Shown here: piece after piece, positions 1 through 12,487 of the stretch | How the letters are laid out: every line of letters starts with the position of its first letter | Position numbering within the stretch: position 1 is the stretch's first letter | Origin: Cyanophora paradoxa CCMP329 | Lineage: Eukaryota > Plantae > Glaucophyta | Assembly (NCBI GenBank): GCA_004431415.1 | Contig: QPMI01000066.1 | Coordinates: forward strand, 372,001 to 436,000 | Reading direction: 5' to 3' | Length of the DNA: 64,000 bases | Position numbers and translations under genes: made by a program | Notes under the pieces: model-generated | Told to the model about the DNA's origin: nothing | The model's database searches: none | Seen by the model: only the letters and a program-made list of their open reading frames with translations

Positions 1-579
1 CGCCGAGGGGCCGATTGACGTCATCCCGCGTCAGCACGAGGTGCAGCGCCCCGCTCCGCCGTACCCCTCCCCGCCAGCGCGCCTGACGCGCTTCGCGCCC
101 GCCCGCCAGTTCCCCATCGGGGTACAGAACGTGACTCAGATGATCTGCCCGGAGAAAGTCAGGCAGCTCGAGCTCATGTCCGGATCGGCTGTAAACCTCT
201 CCATGGTATCCCTCGACGCCGATGGTACCCCCTGCCCGCCCGCACCCCCGTTCCTTCCCCACGGCCTCTGCAGACCGACCCGGTGGCCGTCGGCCGTCCT
301 CTCATGTTGCCTACGGGAACCGGTCTCCCTATGGCCGTGCGCACGCCCCCCCGCCGCCGCGCCCCGCACCGCTCCGCCCCGCCGACGCCGCCCCTCACTC
401 TGCAGAGGGCGCGAACCCCGCGCTGCGCTCGCCTTCAGCGAACCGTGTCCGGGAGTCCGGCTTTGCGGGCCTGGCCCCGGGTCCCCCGGAGGGAATCTCC
501 CCCGCCCCAGGCTCCCGCGGCCCGTCCGCCGCCTCCGCCCGCCACGGGTCCGTAGGCTCGGCCAACCCCGCCGGCTCGC

Positions 580-635
<56 letters not shown>

Positions 636-2486
636 TCCTCCTCCTCATCCTCCTCCTCCCGCCGCCGCGCCGTCACCGCCGGCGCCGTCCTTGCTTCCGG
701 CTCGGGCTCTACCCCCCTGCCGTGCCTCCCTCCCCCTCCCGCTCCCACGCCCCGCCCGTCTCCCCGGGTGGGGGGTACGGCTACGCCTCCTCCGCCTCCT
801 CCCCCCGCCAGGTCGCCTCCCGCGCACCCCCCTCCTTCGGCCCCTCCCCCTCCCCTTCCCCCGCCCTTGAATACCGGGCGTCTGCCTATGGGCCCCCCTC
901 CTCCGCCGCCGCCGCCAACGCCCGCAACCGCGGCGCCTCTCCCCCCCGTGCCGCTGCCGCCCCCGTACCCGTCTCGCCCTCCCAGCCCCGCCACTCTCTT
1001 CGCCACCGCTCCGTATCCTCCTCCTCCTCCGCCAAGTGAGCCCGTACCCCGCCGCCGCCTTTCGAGCTGGTTGGCTAAGCGGCGGCGCGCAGGGTGCTGC
1101 CGGCCCCGACCTCCCCCGGCCCCGGCCAGCCGCAGCGGAATCTCTGGGCCGGCGGGCCCGACCCGGCACCCCCCGCCATGCTCGCCTCGATCACGAACGC
1201 CCTGAAGCAGTACCCCGGCAACGACCGCTACTCGCGGCCGCCCCCGCCCCCCGGGGCCGAGTCGCTCGTCTCCTCCGCCCTCGCCGCGGCCCAGCGCCGC
1301 CAGCGGTACCCCCCTGCTCTCTCTCCTTTCTTCTCCCCTTTCAACGCGTACCCGCAGGGAGAGCGCGGGATCCGGCGCTCCCGTCATTCTTGACGCCCCG
1401 CCCCGCCGCCTGCCCTCCGTGCGCGCCCGCCCGCTTCTGCAGGCCGTGTCTCCGCTATTTCTTACGCGCGCCGCGCTCCGTAGGCTCTCTCGCGGGGTGG
1501 GGAGGGCCCCAGCGAGTGCGCTGCCCTGGCCCGCTCGCCCGCCGCCTCCGTGCACGCCAACGCGTTCTCGCAGGGGCCGCCCCCTCGAAGCCGTCCGCGA
1601 GTCGAAGGGCGCAACGACGACGACTACGACCGCGCAGGGGCAGCAGCAGCAGGGCACGTGGGCGGCCGGCCGCTCGCAGGACCCGTACCCCTCCCCCGGG
1701 GACACCATCCGCACGACGTCGGACATCGGTACCCTGGGGCGCTCCATGAGCCTGCCGGCTCAGCGGCACCCGCGCGAGGAGCCGGAGGAGGGGGGGGAGG
1801 AAGTGGAGGAGGAGCCGGGGATCGAGGGGCCGGAGGCCGCCGGCTGGACCGCCAAGGGTCCGTGTACCCGTGTACCCCCCGCGCCTCCTCCTCTTCGCTT
1901 CCCCGCTTGGCCTGAGGACGGACGGCGCAGGGAGCTCGGGGAACCGGCGGGAGTCGGATCTGCCCCCCGACGAGGTACCCGACGAGGAGGGGGTGGACTC
2001 GGAGGCGGAGGAGGCGGCGGTACCCCCCCGGCGGCCGGGGCGGCCCTGGGGCGCGGCGGCGGGGCACCTCTCTCCGGACTCGGCCGGGCCGAACGGGCGC
2101 GCCGGCACCGGCGCGGGCGCCTCGTCGGCGCGGGCCACGCGCCGCACGCGCACGCGCACGCGCACGAGGCTGCCCGGCGGGCGCCGCCGGGCGGGGCCCG
2201 GTACTGGCGGGACCCCGAGGAGGAGGATGAGGACGACGCGCCCCTGCTGGAGACCCCGGCCGCGCCGCCCGCGCTTGGCCTTGACGGCACCGAGCCGGAG
2301 CCCGGGCTGGAGCCCGGCCCGCGGCGGGGCGGCGCCGGCGGCTCGAGCTCGCGGGGTACAGGCCTAGGGGGCCGCCCCCAGGGGCAGGCCCCCGGGCAGC
2401 CTGTGGAGCTCTCCCTCCTCTACGACCCGGCCCTCGGGGTCTACTTCGACCCCAAGACGAACAGGCACTACGCGCTCAAGACCTAG
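1..2486 (+). CDS. CFAP20DC: CFAP20 domain-containing protein (C3orf67/CFAP20DC-like), 3' part; spliced, 5' end lies outside the window
   Basis: Exon 2-40 (AEGPIDVIPRQHE), GT-AG intron 41-109 with CTGAC branch point, then FPIGVQNVTQMICPEKV. A long low-complexity middle follows. The C-terminus ELSLLYDPALGVYFDPKTNRHYALKT* matches the LLYDPxLxxYFDPxTxxYYEL tail I recall for this family. Confidence 0.7.
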
Positions 2487-3582
2487 CTATGTAGGCGGCC
2501 CGTGGCGCCAGTATTGTATATTCAACTTAGAAGTACATAATTTCAACACGCGAGGAAGCGAGATGCGAACAGCGAGGCATATGGCTAGGAGGTGCCCCTT
2601 CAGCGACAACGCGCTGCGTATGCAGCTGGCCGCGCCACATCTACAGCTTTAATTTACGTATACCCAGCTAGCAACGGGGCCGGGGGGCGGCCGGGTGCGG
2701 ATCCGGACCGTGCGGGGGAGCGGAGCCGGGGCGCCCCCTTACTTGCACAGCCCATAGCTATAGCGCTAGCTACTAGTAATTATAAGGTTAACAAAGCTTT
2801 GACACATGTATACGACGACTATATGTAATGATGTGCAATTCGATTCGATTGAATTTTCACTGCCTTTCTTTTTTTGTTTTCTCAGCTCAGGGGTAAGCGT
2901 GTGTCCCAAAAACCTCGGAGTCTCATCGGAGAGACGCGCCGATTCGGCGGCGGATACGGCACATCATGCGCTGCACGCGCATGCGCTGCGTGATGCGCAT
3001 GATCGGATATCGATATCGATGCGCAGGCTGCAGCTGATCATGATCACTGAGGCATGCCATGAAGGCCCATGATGCGCAGCCTAGTAGCCTAGTAGCCTAG
3101 TAGCGCAGGCTGCGCAGCCGCTGAATTCGAACCGCAGCAGCCGCTCAGCTGCAGCGACGCTCATCGCGCCACGTGCACGTGCACGCGTACCAGGCCAACT
3201 GCCAACTGCCGCAGTACGTACGCCGCGGTACGCGTCCAGCCGCCGGTCGCGGCGATCCGAGGATCGGTCCGGACTCCGGACGCGTACCGTAGTACAAGTA
3301 CGGGAAGCTTGAGCTAACCGACCGGGCGGATATCGCTCTGCCCCGGGAGAAACCGTGACCGCACGCGCACTGCGGCAGTAACCGCTCAGCTGCTGGGCGG
3401 GGGCCCGGGCGCGGCGGAGCCTCAGGCCTGCAGCTGCGAGCCGGCGCGGAGTCGAGCGCGTCCTTTTCCCTTCAAAAAGCTTGCTAGCTCGCCTTAACTT
3501 GGATCAAGCCGCGCCGCAGCCACAATTGCAAGCCAGCTCTGCACAGTCGTCCGACGGTCATCAACATTGCCGCGCAGGCCTA

Positions 3583-6500
3583 ATGATGAGCTCGCGGCCG
3601 CCCGCCGAACACGATCATGCACGCAAATGTGATCATGCAGCAGCAGCAGCAGAGGCAGCGACGGCGGCGGCGGCGGCGGCGGCAGCTGATCATGATCATG
3701 AGGCTCCATTCGTATTCGTATGGCCAGACCTCTGGCCAGGGCCAGCTGCAGACCTCAGGGGCCTCCTCGAGCTCGCTGGCCGGCGCCATGAGCCCGAAGA
3801 ATTCGAAGGCGCGCGTGTCAGACCGTCAGACGCTTGCGCTGCAGCTGCCAACGTTAACGCGCTTCGCAATCGATTCTTCATCCAATTTAAAATTGAAGCT
3901 GAACCGGATACGCAGGCCTTGGGGCCGCTGAGCTCGGGAATGCATTTGAAGCTGACGAGAATGCGGAGCACGGAAGAAGCTCAAGGCAGCCGCTGCGGCA
4001 TCAGCGGTGAGATGTACATGTTTCTGTTTATTCGGCCCGTATCGCTACGTCGACGTTGGTATACGACCGCAACTTAAACAAGTTGGGAATATTAAATGCA
4101 GTTGCGATAAGTCCCGCTCAACATCGATATCCGGGATATCGATCCCCCGACCCGCGACCAATTTGCAAACTGGCATTTATGCATGCGCATGCGCAGATTT
4201 AGATATCGATTTCCCGAATTTTCTTCGTCGCCCTTCAGCTTGGTGCGAGATTTAGATCTAGGTCACCGGGTCTAGATCCGTTCAAATTGATCTGCCACCG
4301 CCCGGCCTCGGGCCCTCGAGCTCCCATATGGCCCGATCGCGAGTGGCCCAGTCGTGCCCAGCCGCGGCCCGGCTCTTTAATTTGATCACGACGCCCTGAC
4401 GCAAACAGGCCGCTTTCTCCCTCGTTGCGCTACTGTTGGGCGCTTACACCTGGCTCGGTACGCATATGCATGCGCTTGCACAGCTGCAGGCCCCACTGAT
4501 CGATGTCGATGTCGTGGTCGCGAGTCAGGTCTTCTGACGATGGCCTGGCTTATCTTTCTGTGCGCCTACGCCAACGATCTAGGTGCGGGCGTGTTTAATT
4601 TGCGTAATCTTTAGATCCAGCTGCAGCCTGCAGCTGGCTTATCTGGATATTGAATTCAATTAATTATCATGGATATCATGCATACGATACTTGACGCACC
4701 GAATCGAATTCGATTTCTCAGTTCGCGAAGCGCTTCGCTGCGACGTCGACGTCGACGACGCCGCGGGGACCTCGGAGGGCCTCAACCCCGCCGCCTGCAG
4801 CTGGGGGGCCTGGGCCGCCCTGGCCCTGTGCCACGTCGCCTGCGTCTCCCTCGCATTCGGCGTAGACGTGCGTTTAGAATTTTAATCTTCTACTATGCAA
4901 ATTGCTTCTTTTCAATTTGCGTTCATTCGGGCGGCATTTCTTTTAATCTCTATTATCTAAAATCAGTCACCGGCGTGTCACTTCGAGCCTCTGTCTTTGA
5001 TGCCTTCATTTCTCAGACGGTTCTCCCGCGCTTGGCGCTGATTCCGCCCCCGGGCTCGGCCCCCCTCTCCTTCGCGGAGTCCCTCCTCGCACTCGTCGTC
5101 GCCGACTCGCTCGCTCAGCTGCTGACGACCCTGGTCAAGGCAAGCTTTATAATTAGCCTCGCATGCTTCTTTTTCGAAGTCAAGTAGTTTTGGCGTGGAT
5201 GGCGGGTACCGGTGCGCCCAGAACTGCGCCATGCCAGCGATTCATCATGATCATGAGGTCTCCAATTTAATGTCGGATAATGATCAGAGCCTCCTACTAT
5301 TCTCTCTGGACGCAATTTCGTCTCTCTACCGCTGCCTCCTTCCCGTTCCCGTCTGGCTGGGTGCGCTTTGAATTTGCCGCCAATATAATTTAATTGCAAC
5401 CAGCTGCAGGCCTAGGCTGCGGTCATCGAAATTCCACTTTATCTGATTCTGTATAAATATTCTTTTTGTGCAGCCTTCCTTGCTCGTCAGGACTTTGCAA
5501 TCTCAGGAACGTTCACCTTCGGAACCACGTCAATCGCAATTTCTTTCGAAAGCCTCCCTCCACACCTTCCGCTTCCTTTTGCCGCATGCATCCTTTACCT
5601 CGGTTTGAAGGTCAGATATATATATATATAATGTCATCATTGCGGTGCTTCGAAGTAGTGTGCTATTGCTCGCGATTAAATTTCCAGCAGGCTCCCCAGG
5701 TCTGGAGCCGGGGATGCGCATGCAGGGCCGCCCTCCTTTCGTACTGGCGGCGCGATCGCGATCGCGAACCGGTCCGCAGGGGCCGCCGAGAAATAGCCTG
5801 TCGGGCAAGACTTGCTTGCAGACCTAAGCCACACCTAAGCGTGCGGGCCGCCCGTGCCAGGCACGCGTGCGGGGCACGGCCTCAGGGCCTAGCCTTAACT
5901 CTACCGCCACACCTAAGCCTAAACCGGTCCGCCGGGGCCGCCCGGGCGGCCGGCCGCCCCATGCCACCCCTGCCCAGCTGCAGTCTGCGGCTAGCGTTCA
6001 AGCGACAAGCCCCCGGGGGGGCCCTCCCCCTCGAGCCCGCTAACACCAGGCTTCCAGTTGTTCGGATTCGGGGAGCGTGTTTCGCAAGTTGACGTGGCAG
6101 AGGACCCGATCTGCGCCATTTGTGAGTCCGGATCCGGATCCGGGGACCGGGGATCCGGTTCGGGAATCCGGATCATCGGATTAATATGCCAATAATCCGC
6201 AGCCGCCGACCGCGCGCGCGGGGGCTGCGCATACGCATGCCCCCGGATCGGGGGGCCGATATAGATTAATCTCAAAATTAAATTTAAAATCTCTGTGTCC
6301 TCATCATGATCATGAGCATCGATATCGGATTCTCACCCACGGCTGTACATGTGCAGGCCACGACGCGATGGTGGGCCCCATCAGGCTCGGCTGCAAGCAC
6401 GTGAGCCCCGCAGCTTTTAAGCTTTGAAATTCAGCGCCCGCGTCCAGATCCTTTAGATCAATTTAACGTTCGCTTATTCGGATTATAATTATATATGACG

Positions 6501-6741
6501 CCCTCCGTGATCCCTCTCTGTCCCCTGCGTGCAGACCTTCTGCGGGGGCTGCGTCGAGGCCTGGTTGGATCGAGAGTGCTCCTGCCCTGTCTGCCGCCGG
6601 GCCGTGCACGTGCGCGCGGGCATCAAAGCTGCTCATCGATATCGCATCGATATCGATGTTGAGGGATCCGGAGGCGATGCGTATGCATACAACTGCGGAT
6701 CCGGCGTGCACTGCGGATTTCCGGAGCTTTTGTACATGTGA
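3583..6741 (+). CDS. RING finger and transmembrane domain E3 ligase (RNFT1/RNFT2-like), multi-exon
   Basis: Hydrophobic exons (LLTMAWLIFLCAYANDL; LSFAESLLALVVADSLAQLLTTLVK; ISSLYRCLLPVPVWL). C-terminal RING-HC assembled over three exons at 6100-6600: DPICAIC|HDAMVGPIRLGCKH|TFCGGCVEAWLDRECSCPVCR. Start codon uncertain. Confidence 0.8.
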
Positions 6742-7591
6742 ATTCGAAATTGTGATCATGAGCTGCTGAGCGGACCGGGCCTCAGCCTGAGCCGCCTTTA
6801 TATTATATTCAATTGCATTAGGGCGTTGCAGCCTGCAGCTGGCGCCAGCCTGGCGGCACTCGAAATACTCGCTCCGGAGTCCGGATCCCCGGCCCCCCTA
6901 GGCCTATTAAATTGCAACTGCAGAATTCGCGCTTGACCTCTCATTATCAGAGTCTCGATCGCGACTTCGAATTCGACGGCGTTTCCCCATGCGCAGGCGT
7001 GCGCAGCTGCGCATGCAGGCGCAGGCCATGCATTAAATATTTTCAATTGGCCAGTGGTCGCGGCCGGGGGCTGCGGGGGCTGAGCCAGCTGCAGGGCGCC
7101 GGCCTGGGCGCGCGCGTATACGTATAACGGTATGCTCACTTAAAGCTTTGAATTCTGGGGCGGGCGCCGGCCACTGGGTCAGCTGCAGGACCGCGGCCGG
7201 GCGAACGCGCGCCCCGGGACGGACTCGGCCCATGCAGTGGATCTGATTATAACCGCGCGAGCGCGCGCCCTTCTTCCCGCATGAAGCGGCTTAATATAAT
7301 TATATAACGCCGGCTTTCCCCGCCGGGGTACGTGCAGCTCGAGACGTCAACCGGCGGCGGGGCCGCGCACTGCGCCGGCGCCAGCCGACCGATCATCGCA
7401 TTACGTCGGTGTGCATGCATTAGCCTAGTAGCTGCCAGCCGAGCAGGCGTGCATGAGACCGCTTGCAATTGCACGTGGTGCCAAGACTCATTTCATCCAG
7501 CAGACGTTGACAGCTCTCTCAATCGTTCCTGCAGCGGTTGCACTCGGAGAGCCCCTGCCCTCTACGCTCTGGTCCGAGCGGCGGCCGAGAG

Positions 7592-10501
7592 ATGAACGAC
7601 GGGGGAGCCGACAGCGGGCCCGATGACGAGCGCGCTCGGCTGAAGAGGGAGCGGGAACGCGCCGCTTCTCGTCGCTGCCGTGCCAAGAAACGCGAAGGCG
7701 AGCGGCCGCCGCAATGAGTCTGTATGCGCACCCTTCCTCGCGCCCCTGACGCGCAGCTTCGTGCGCAGAGTTCGCGCAGCTGATCAGCGACAACCAGCGC
7801 CTTACACAGGTTCGAATTCCTTCCCCCGCGGCCGCCCTTCCACCCGCCCCCCGGCCCGCCCGCGAGCGCCGCGCTCCTTTCGAATTCGATCGTAGGAGAA
7901 CGACGAGCTTCGCCGCGAGCTGCAGAGGGCCCGTGCCCTCTTGGGCGCTCCGGCCACTGCGGGCTCCGCTGGCGCGCCCGCGGCTGCGCCGCCCGCGCCC
8001 TCGAGCTCGAGCTCGGGATCAGTGTCCGGCGGACCTGCCTCGGCAGCGTCAGCGGCGGCCGCAGCCGAGCAGCCAGTGCCGCCCAGCGAGCTCCGGCGGC
8101 TGCGCGCGTCCCTCGCGCACCAGGGCGACGCCATCGCAGCGGCCCTCAGGCGCGGCGCGGGCCTCGAGGAGCTCGGGGCGGCGCTGCGGCGCTACGCAGA
8201 GACAGAGGCCGATCTCATGTCTTCGTTCCTGCGGTGCGCGCGCGCGCGCCGAGAGCCCCGGCTGCAGATGCTACAAATCGCGACTGACGAGCGAGCTACG
8301 CGAGAGTGCGTGCCTTCCGGAGCTGACTGGTCGGCGCCCGCCGCGCGCGCGCGCGCAGGTGGGCCGAGGACGGAAGTGCCGCCCTGGATATCGCGACGGT
8401 GCGCATGCGCGACTTTCTTCCTCCATAGGCCCCTCCCCTCCCCCGCTGCGCTCTAGCTATAGGGCCCCTGCCGGGCGGTCAGATCAGATCCGATCCCGTC
8501 TGACCCCTGAGCTCCGACCGCAGTCGCACATCGGCCACGCCTGGCTCCTTTTCAACATGACGCAGCTCGACGCAGACTTGGCCGGTGGGACCCGCGCGCT
8601 CCGAGCGGAGCACTCCCCCTCAAACCCCCCCCCCCCCCCCCCTGACTTCGGGGCCCCGGGGCGGTCGGGCAGGGGTACCGGGGAGCTTCGTTCGCATGAC
8701 GCCGGAGGCGAAGGCGCTCGCGGGGGAGGGCATGGCGGCCCTCTGTATGGGGCAGCAGCAGAAGGTACCCTGCCTCCCCCTGCCCCCCCCCCCCTCCCCC
8801 CCACGTCTGATTCATCTTTCTCCCCTCCCCTCGCCCCCCAATCTCAGGAGGGTACGGGGTCTTTCATCACGAGGAACTTCCGAGTCATAGCCTCTGACCA
8901 GGCATTATTCTCCGCCGTCCACCGTCCGCCGCCCCACTCGCCCCGCTTCTCTGTTTGGCCTGTACCCCCTCTCACTCCTGCCCCCCCCTCTCCTGAACCA
9001 GGCGTGTTAAAGGAGGTACCCCACCTCGCCGCGACGGTGCAGCGGGGCAACGCGGCCTGCCGCGCCTTCTATCAGAACGTGCGGGATGAATGCCTGTACC
9101 CCCGCCCGAATCAACGTACCCGTCCGAGATAATCCCCCCGCAGCTGGTTGCTCTCCTGGACCCCCTCCAATTCGCCCGCTACATGCACTGGCGCGTGCCC
9201 CCCCCCCCCCCCCCCCCTTCAACGCTCGCCGTAAACGCGTACCCCCCATGCGAGCAGGTTCAAGGGAGACAGCGAAAACCCGGGGAGGGGAAAAGTCGTC
9301 GCGGAGTACGCCCTAGCCGAGGTCCGCCCCTGGCGGGATTCGAACCCGCGACTCGCTGATTGCTTCCCCCCCCATTTCTCCCCTCCCCCCTCCCCCCGTT
9401 CCTTGCCATCAGGCGGGCGCCGGTGCCCCCCCAGACCTTATCGCCCGTATCCTGGCCGGCCCGGGCCCATCAATCGCTCAGGCACGCCGTACCCCCCAGC
9501 CCTCCGCAGCCGCCGCCGTCGCTTTCGCCGCCTCCCCGTTTTATTCTGGCCCCCGCAGACGTCCCTGGTGCCGATCCCCGGCCGGCGGGGGCTCGGAAGC
9601 CCCGGAGCCGTGATTGTACCCCATTCACACCCTCCCCCGCCCCTCTTCTCCTTCCCCCCCTCCACGCTCTCCTCCCCCCTCCCCAGCGACCCTTCGCTAA
9701 AGTATTTCTCCGGTCCCCCCTTCCCCTCTCTCTCTACCTCCTGGTCCCCGTCGGAGCTAGCCGGCCGGGCCGTCGTTCCTTTCCGCCACGTACCCCCCGA
9801 CCCAGTTTCGAGTACCCCCAGCGGTGCCGGTGAGCGCCGCCGGAGCGAGAAAAGGGCGCGGGCGGCGAGTCCGCAGTTCGCTTCGGGAGCCGCTGCCGCA
9901 CTCAGCCCCAGCCTTGTTCAGTCGTCCTCTTCCCCTGCGGCTGCCGCGGCCTGCGAAAATCTGGACCCCCCCAGCCCCCCCTGTTCTCCCCGCCCCCCCT
10001 CTGCCAGCGCTTTGTCAAGCGCCGAGGTACGCGTACCCCCCTACGCCCCCCCCCCTATCGTGCCAACCGTCGTTCGAACCGGTACCCCCCCAGAACTCCG
10101 CCCAGCGCCTCGACATGTCCTCCCTCCACGTCTTCGTTCGCGACATCGTCGCCCACGAGGCGTGTCCGCGTACCCCATTCGCCTTTTTGCTCTTTTTGAG
10201 TACCCCCTTTTCCCAGGTGGGGCAGATTCGCGATCGGGATGTGCCTGCCGCGCTCGGCGGCGCGGGGGCCGCCCAACCCCTCCCCCCCGTTGTGGGTACG
10301 CTGGACCTCCACTCCGGGGCGTACCCCGCGATCGACGATCACGCGCCGCTCGCGTACCCCCTCTCTCCGGGATTCTTCTACCCCACTCCCTCCGCTGAGA
10401 TGGCCCCCTCGAGCTCGGGGGCCGCGCCGCTGAAGGCGTCGGGTGGCAGCGCCGTGCTCGATGCGTGGCTCCTCGCGATCGGCCCAGATGCAGGCAGCTA
10501 G
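7592..10501 (+). CDS. bZIP transcription factor with a helical TGA/DOG1-like C-terminal region, multi-exon
   Basis: Basic region ERARLKRERERAASRRCRAKKRE is spliced to a heptad zipper AEFAQLISDNQRLTQ|ENDELRRELQRARALL. A later exon reads LVALLDPLQFARYMHW. Stop at 10499-10501. Confidence 0.7.
9325..9363 (-). pseudogene. Isolated tRNA 3'-half-like fragment inside a bZIP intron
   Basis: Minus strand GCAATCAGC-GAGTC-GCGGG-TTCGAAT-CCCGC-CAGGGGC-G gives an anticodon-stem 3' strand, 5-nt variable loop, perfect T arm and 7-nt acceptor strand. No 5' half is adjacent. Confidence 0.5.
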
Positions 10502-11875
10502 TCGCGTCGGTGACTCGGTGTTCGTGTGATCGCCAGACGAGGTCTTCCAATCGTGGTCGCTCTAGATCTGCACATCCTACATATTCAGACGTGCTCTAAG
10601 GCCTCTGAACGGGGTGAGAAGGCCCCGGAACGGGCCTCCGGTGGTCATGGTATCTACCTGGGGTGGACCTTTTACTGCTTAAACAAGCCCTCCTATCTCC
10701 CAAACACACAGAAAAAGACTGAAGACAATCTAAATCGCAGATTGAGAAGTGTTTTCTGTGGTTTCTGGCCGACTTACGACTTACACTTACACTTAAATTA
10801 CAACGGGTTTTGGGGGACTTACGCCGTAAGTGGCAACCCTACATCAGGCTACATGACGCGGCCCCAAATCAAACGTTGATTATTATTTGTATCCGGCCGA
10901 GCGCGAGGCGCCGGCTAGAAACTTTGAACCCTCTTGTTGCCGGACCCGGGAATCGTGCCTGGCCTGGATGATGTTTAAGCTTATTTCTTTCGAATGGCGT
11001 TTTTTTCCTGATGTTTGGCAAATTCGAATGCCTTGTTCATTTTTTTTAAAGATCTACGGTGGGCGTGCCCACTCGTAGTACACAACGAGGATACAAGTCA
11101 CGGTATCGGGAATCACAGGGATTCGAAGTACAACGTAGCGGAAACAGCAGGAACCGAACCCGGGAATCCGGGAGGTCGTAGCACGACCTTATACCACTGC
11201 CTTGTTCAAGTTGCTCATTAAATAATAAATATTTTTAAATAAACCGATGAACGATACATATGAAAGCCAATCCGCGCAGTAACCGCTTGCGATCAGGGCC
11301 GCGGCCCTGCCAGTGCCAGGCACTGCCAGCTGCAGCCTGCAGCCTGCAGCCTGCGCATGCAGGCTGCAGCCACTGCCAGGCAGTGCCACTGTGCCAGCCA
11401 GTTGCATCGAGTTCCGCGGAGCCGGCCCAATCAACGGTTTTCGTAAGCTCCGTGAGGCTCGAATTGGCTCGCGATCGCGATCGGAGATTCGGAATTGCTG
11501 TCGCATTTGCTGACTGTCGAGCCCGAGTCTCGGCCGGGCCCTCGGGACTCGGGAGTTCTTTCAGCTTACGGGTCTCGCTCGCCCAATGGGAGCTTCGTCA
11601 GTGCCGTGTTCCGGTTCAACGGTTCTGTTCGAATCTGTTGCCAACAATGCCAACTTTGCCAAGTCCTAGCCAAGTTCGCAACGAATTCGATTTTGGAGCC
11701 TAAATTAAATTCATGCCATGATCATGATCATGATGATTGGAGCAATTTGGAGGGGGGTTTCAAACGTGTGCCGGGCACCCAATTGCAATGTTGCGAATGG
11801 TACTAAGTACGTGCACGTTGAACAATCTCACTTGGAAGGACAGGGGTACAACAAACGGTCTGATCAGACCGCGAA

Positions 11876-12032
11876 GCCGGCGCCCGCGCGGGCCCGGCGC
11901 GGGGCCGGCGCCGCCCGCGCCGGCCGGGCGGGCCGGCGGCGGCCCGGCGCCGGCGGCCCGCGGGCCGCGGCGGGGCCCGCGGGGGCCGGCGCCGGCGCGC
12001 GGCCGCCGGGCGGCCGCCGGCCGCGGCCCGGC
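11876..12032. repeat. 157-nt tract containing only G and C, rich in palindromes
   Basis: Read directly: no A or T between 11876 and 12032; built from GGCC, CCGG, GCGC and CGCG words. Confidence 0.9.
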
Positions 12033-12487
12033 TGCTTGCCAAGGCTTGCTGAGCGGAGCCTGAGCCTTAAGGCTTACCGGTAGCTTGCAAATTGCAATTG
12101 CTCGTCCCGGCTGCAGCACTAGCTAATAGCTATAGCTGAGCCGCGCGCGCACCTGCAGGCTGCACTGCTGCAGCCTGCAGCTGCAGTCAACTATAGCTAT
12201 AGTAGTCGCATGCGCAGTAGTGAGTGCATCGCGCGATCGATATCAGCTACTGACAGCCAGCTGGAAACAGTGGAAAGCGTGAACGTTCGTGGGACCAAAA
12301 CCCGACGGGAACCTCGGGCTTTTCGCGGCAGTGCAGCTGGGCCTGCGCCGTCCGCCCGCCCGCCCGCTCTGCGCCGCGGCCCGAAGGCAAGCCCCCCCGC
12401 CCCCTCCGAGGCTCTGCGCCGCGGCCGCGCCCGCTCGCGCGCTCACTCGGTTCGCATGCGCAGATTTAGAGAGTTGGAGCCGCATAT

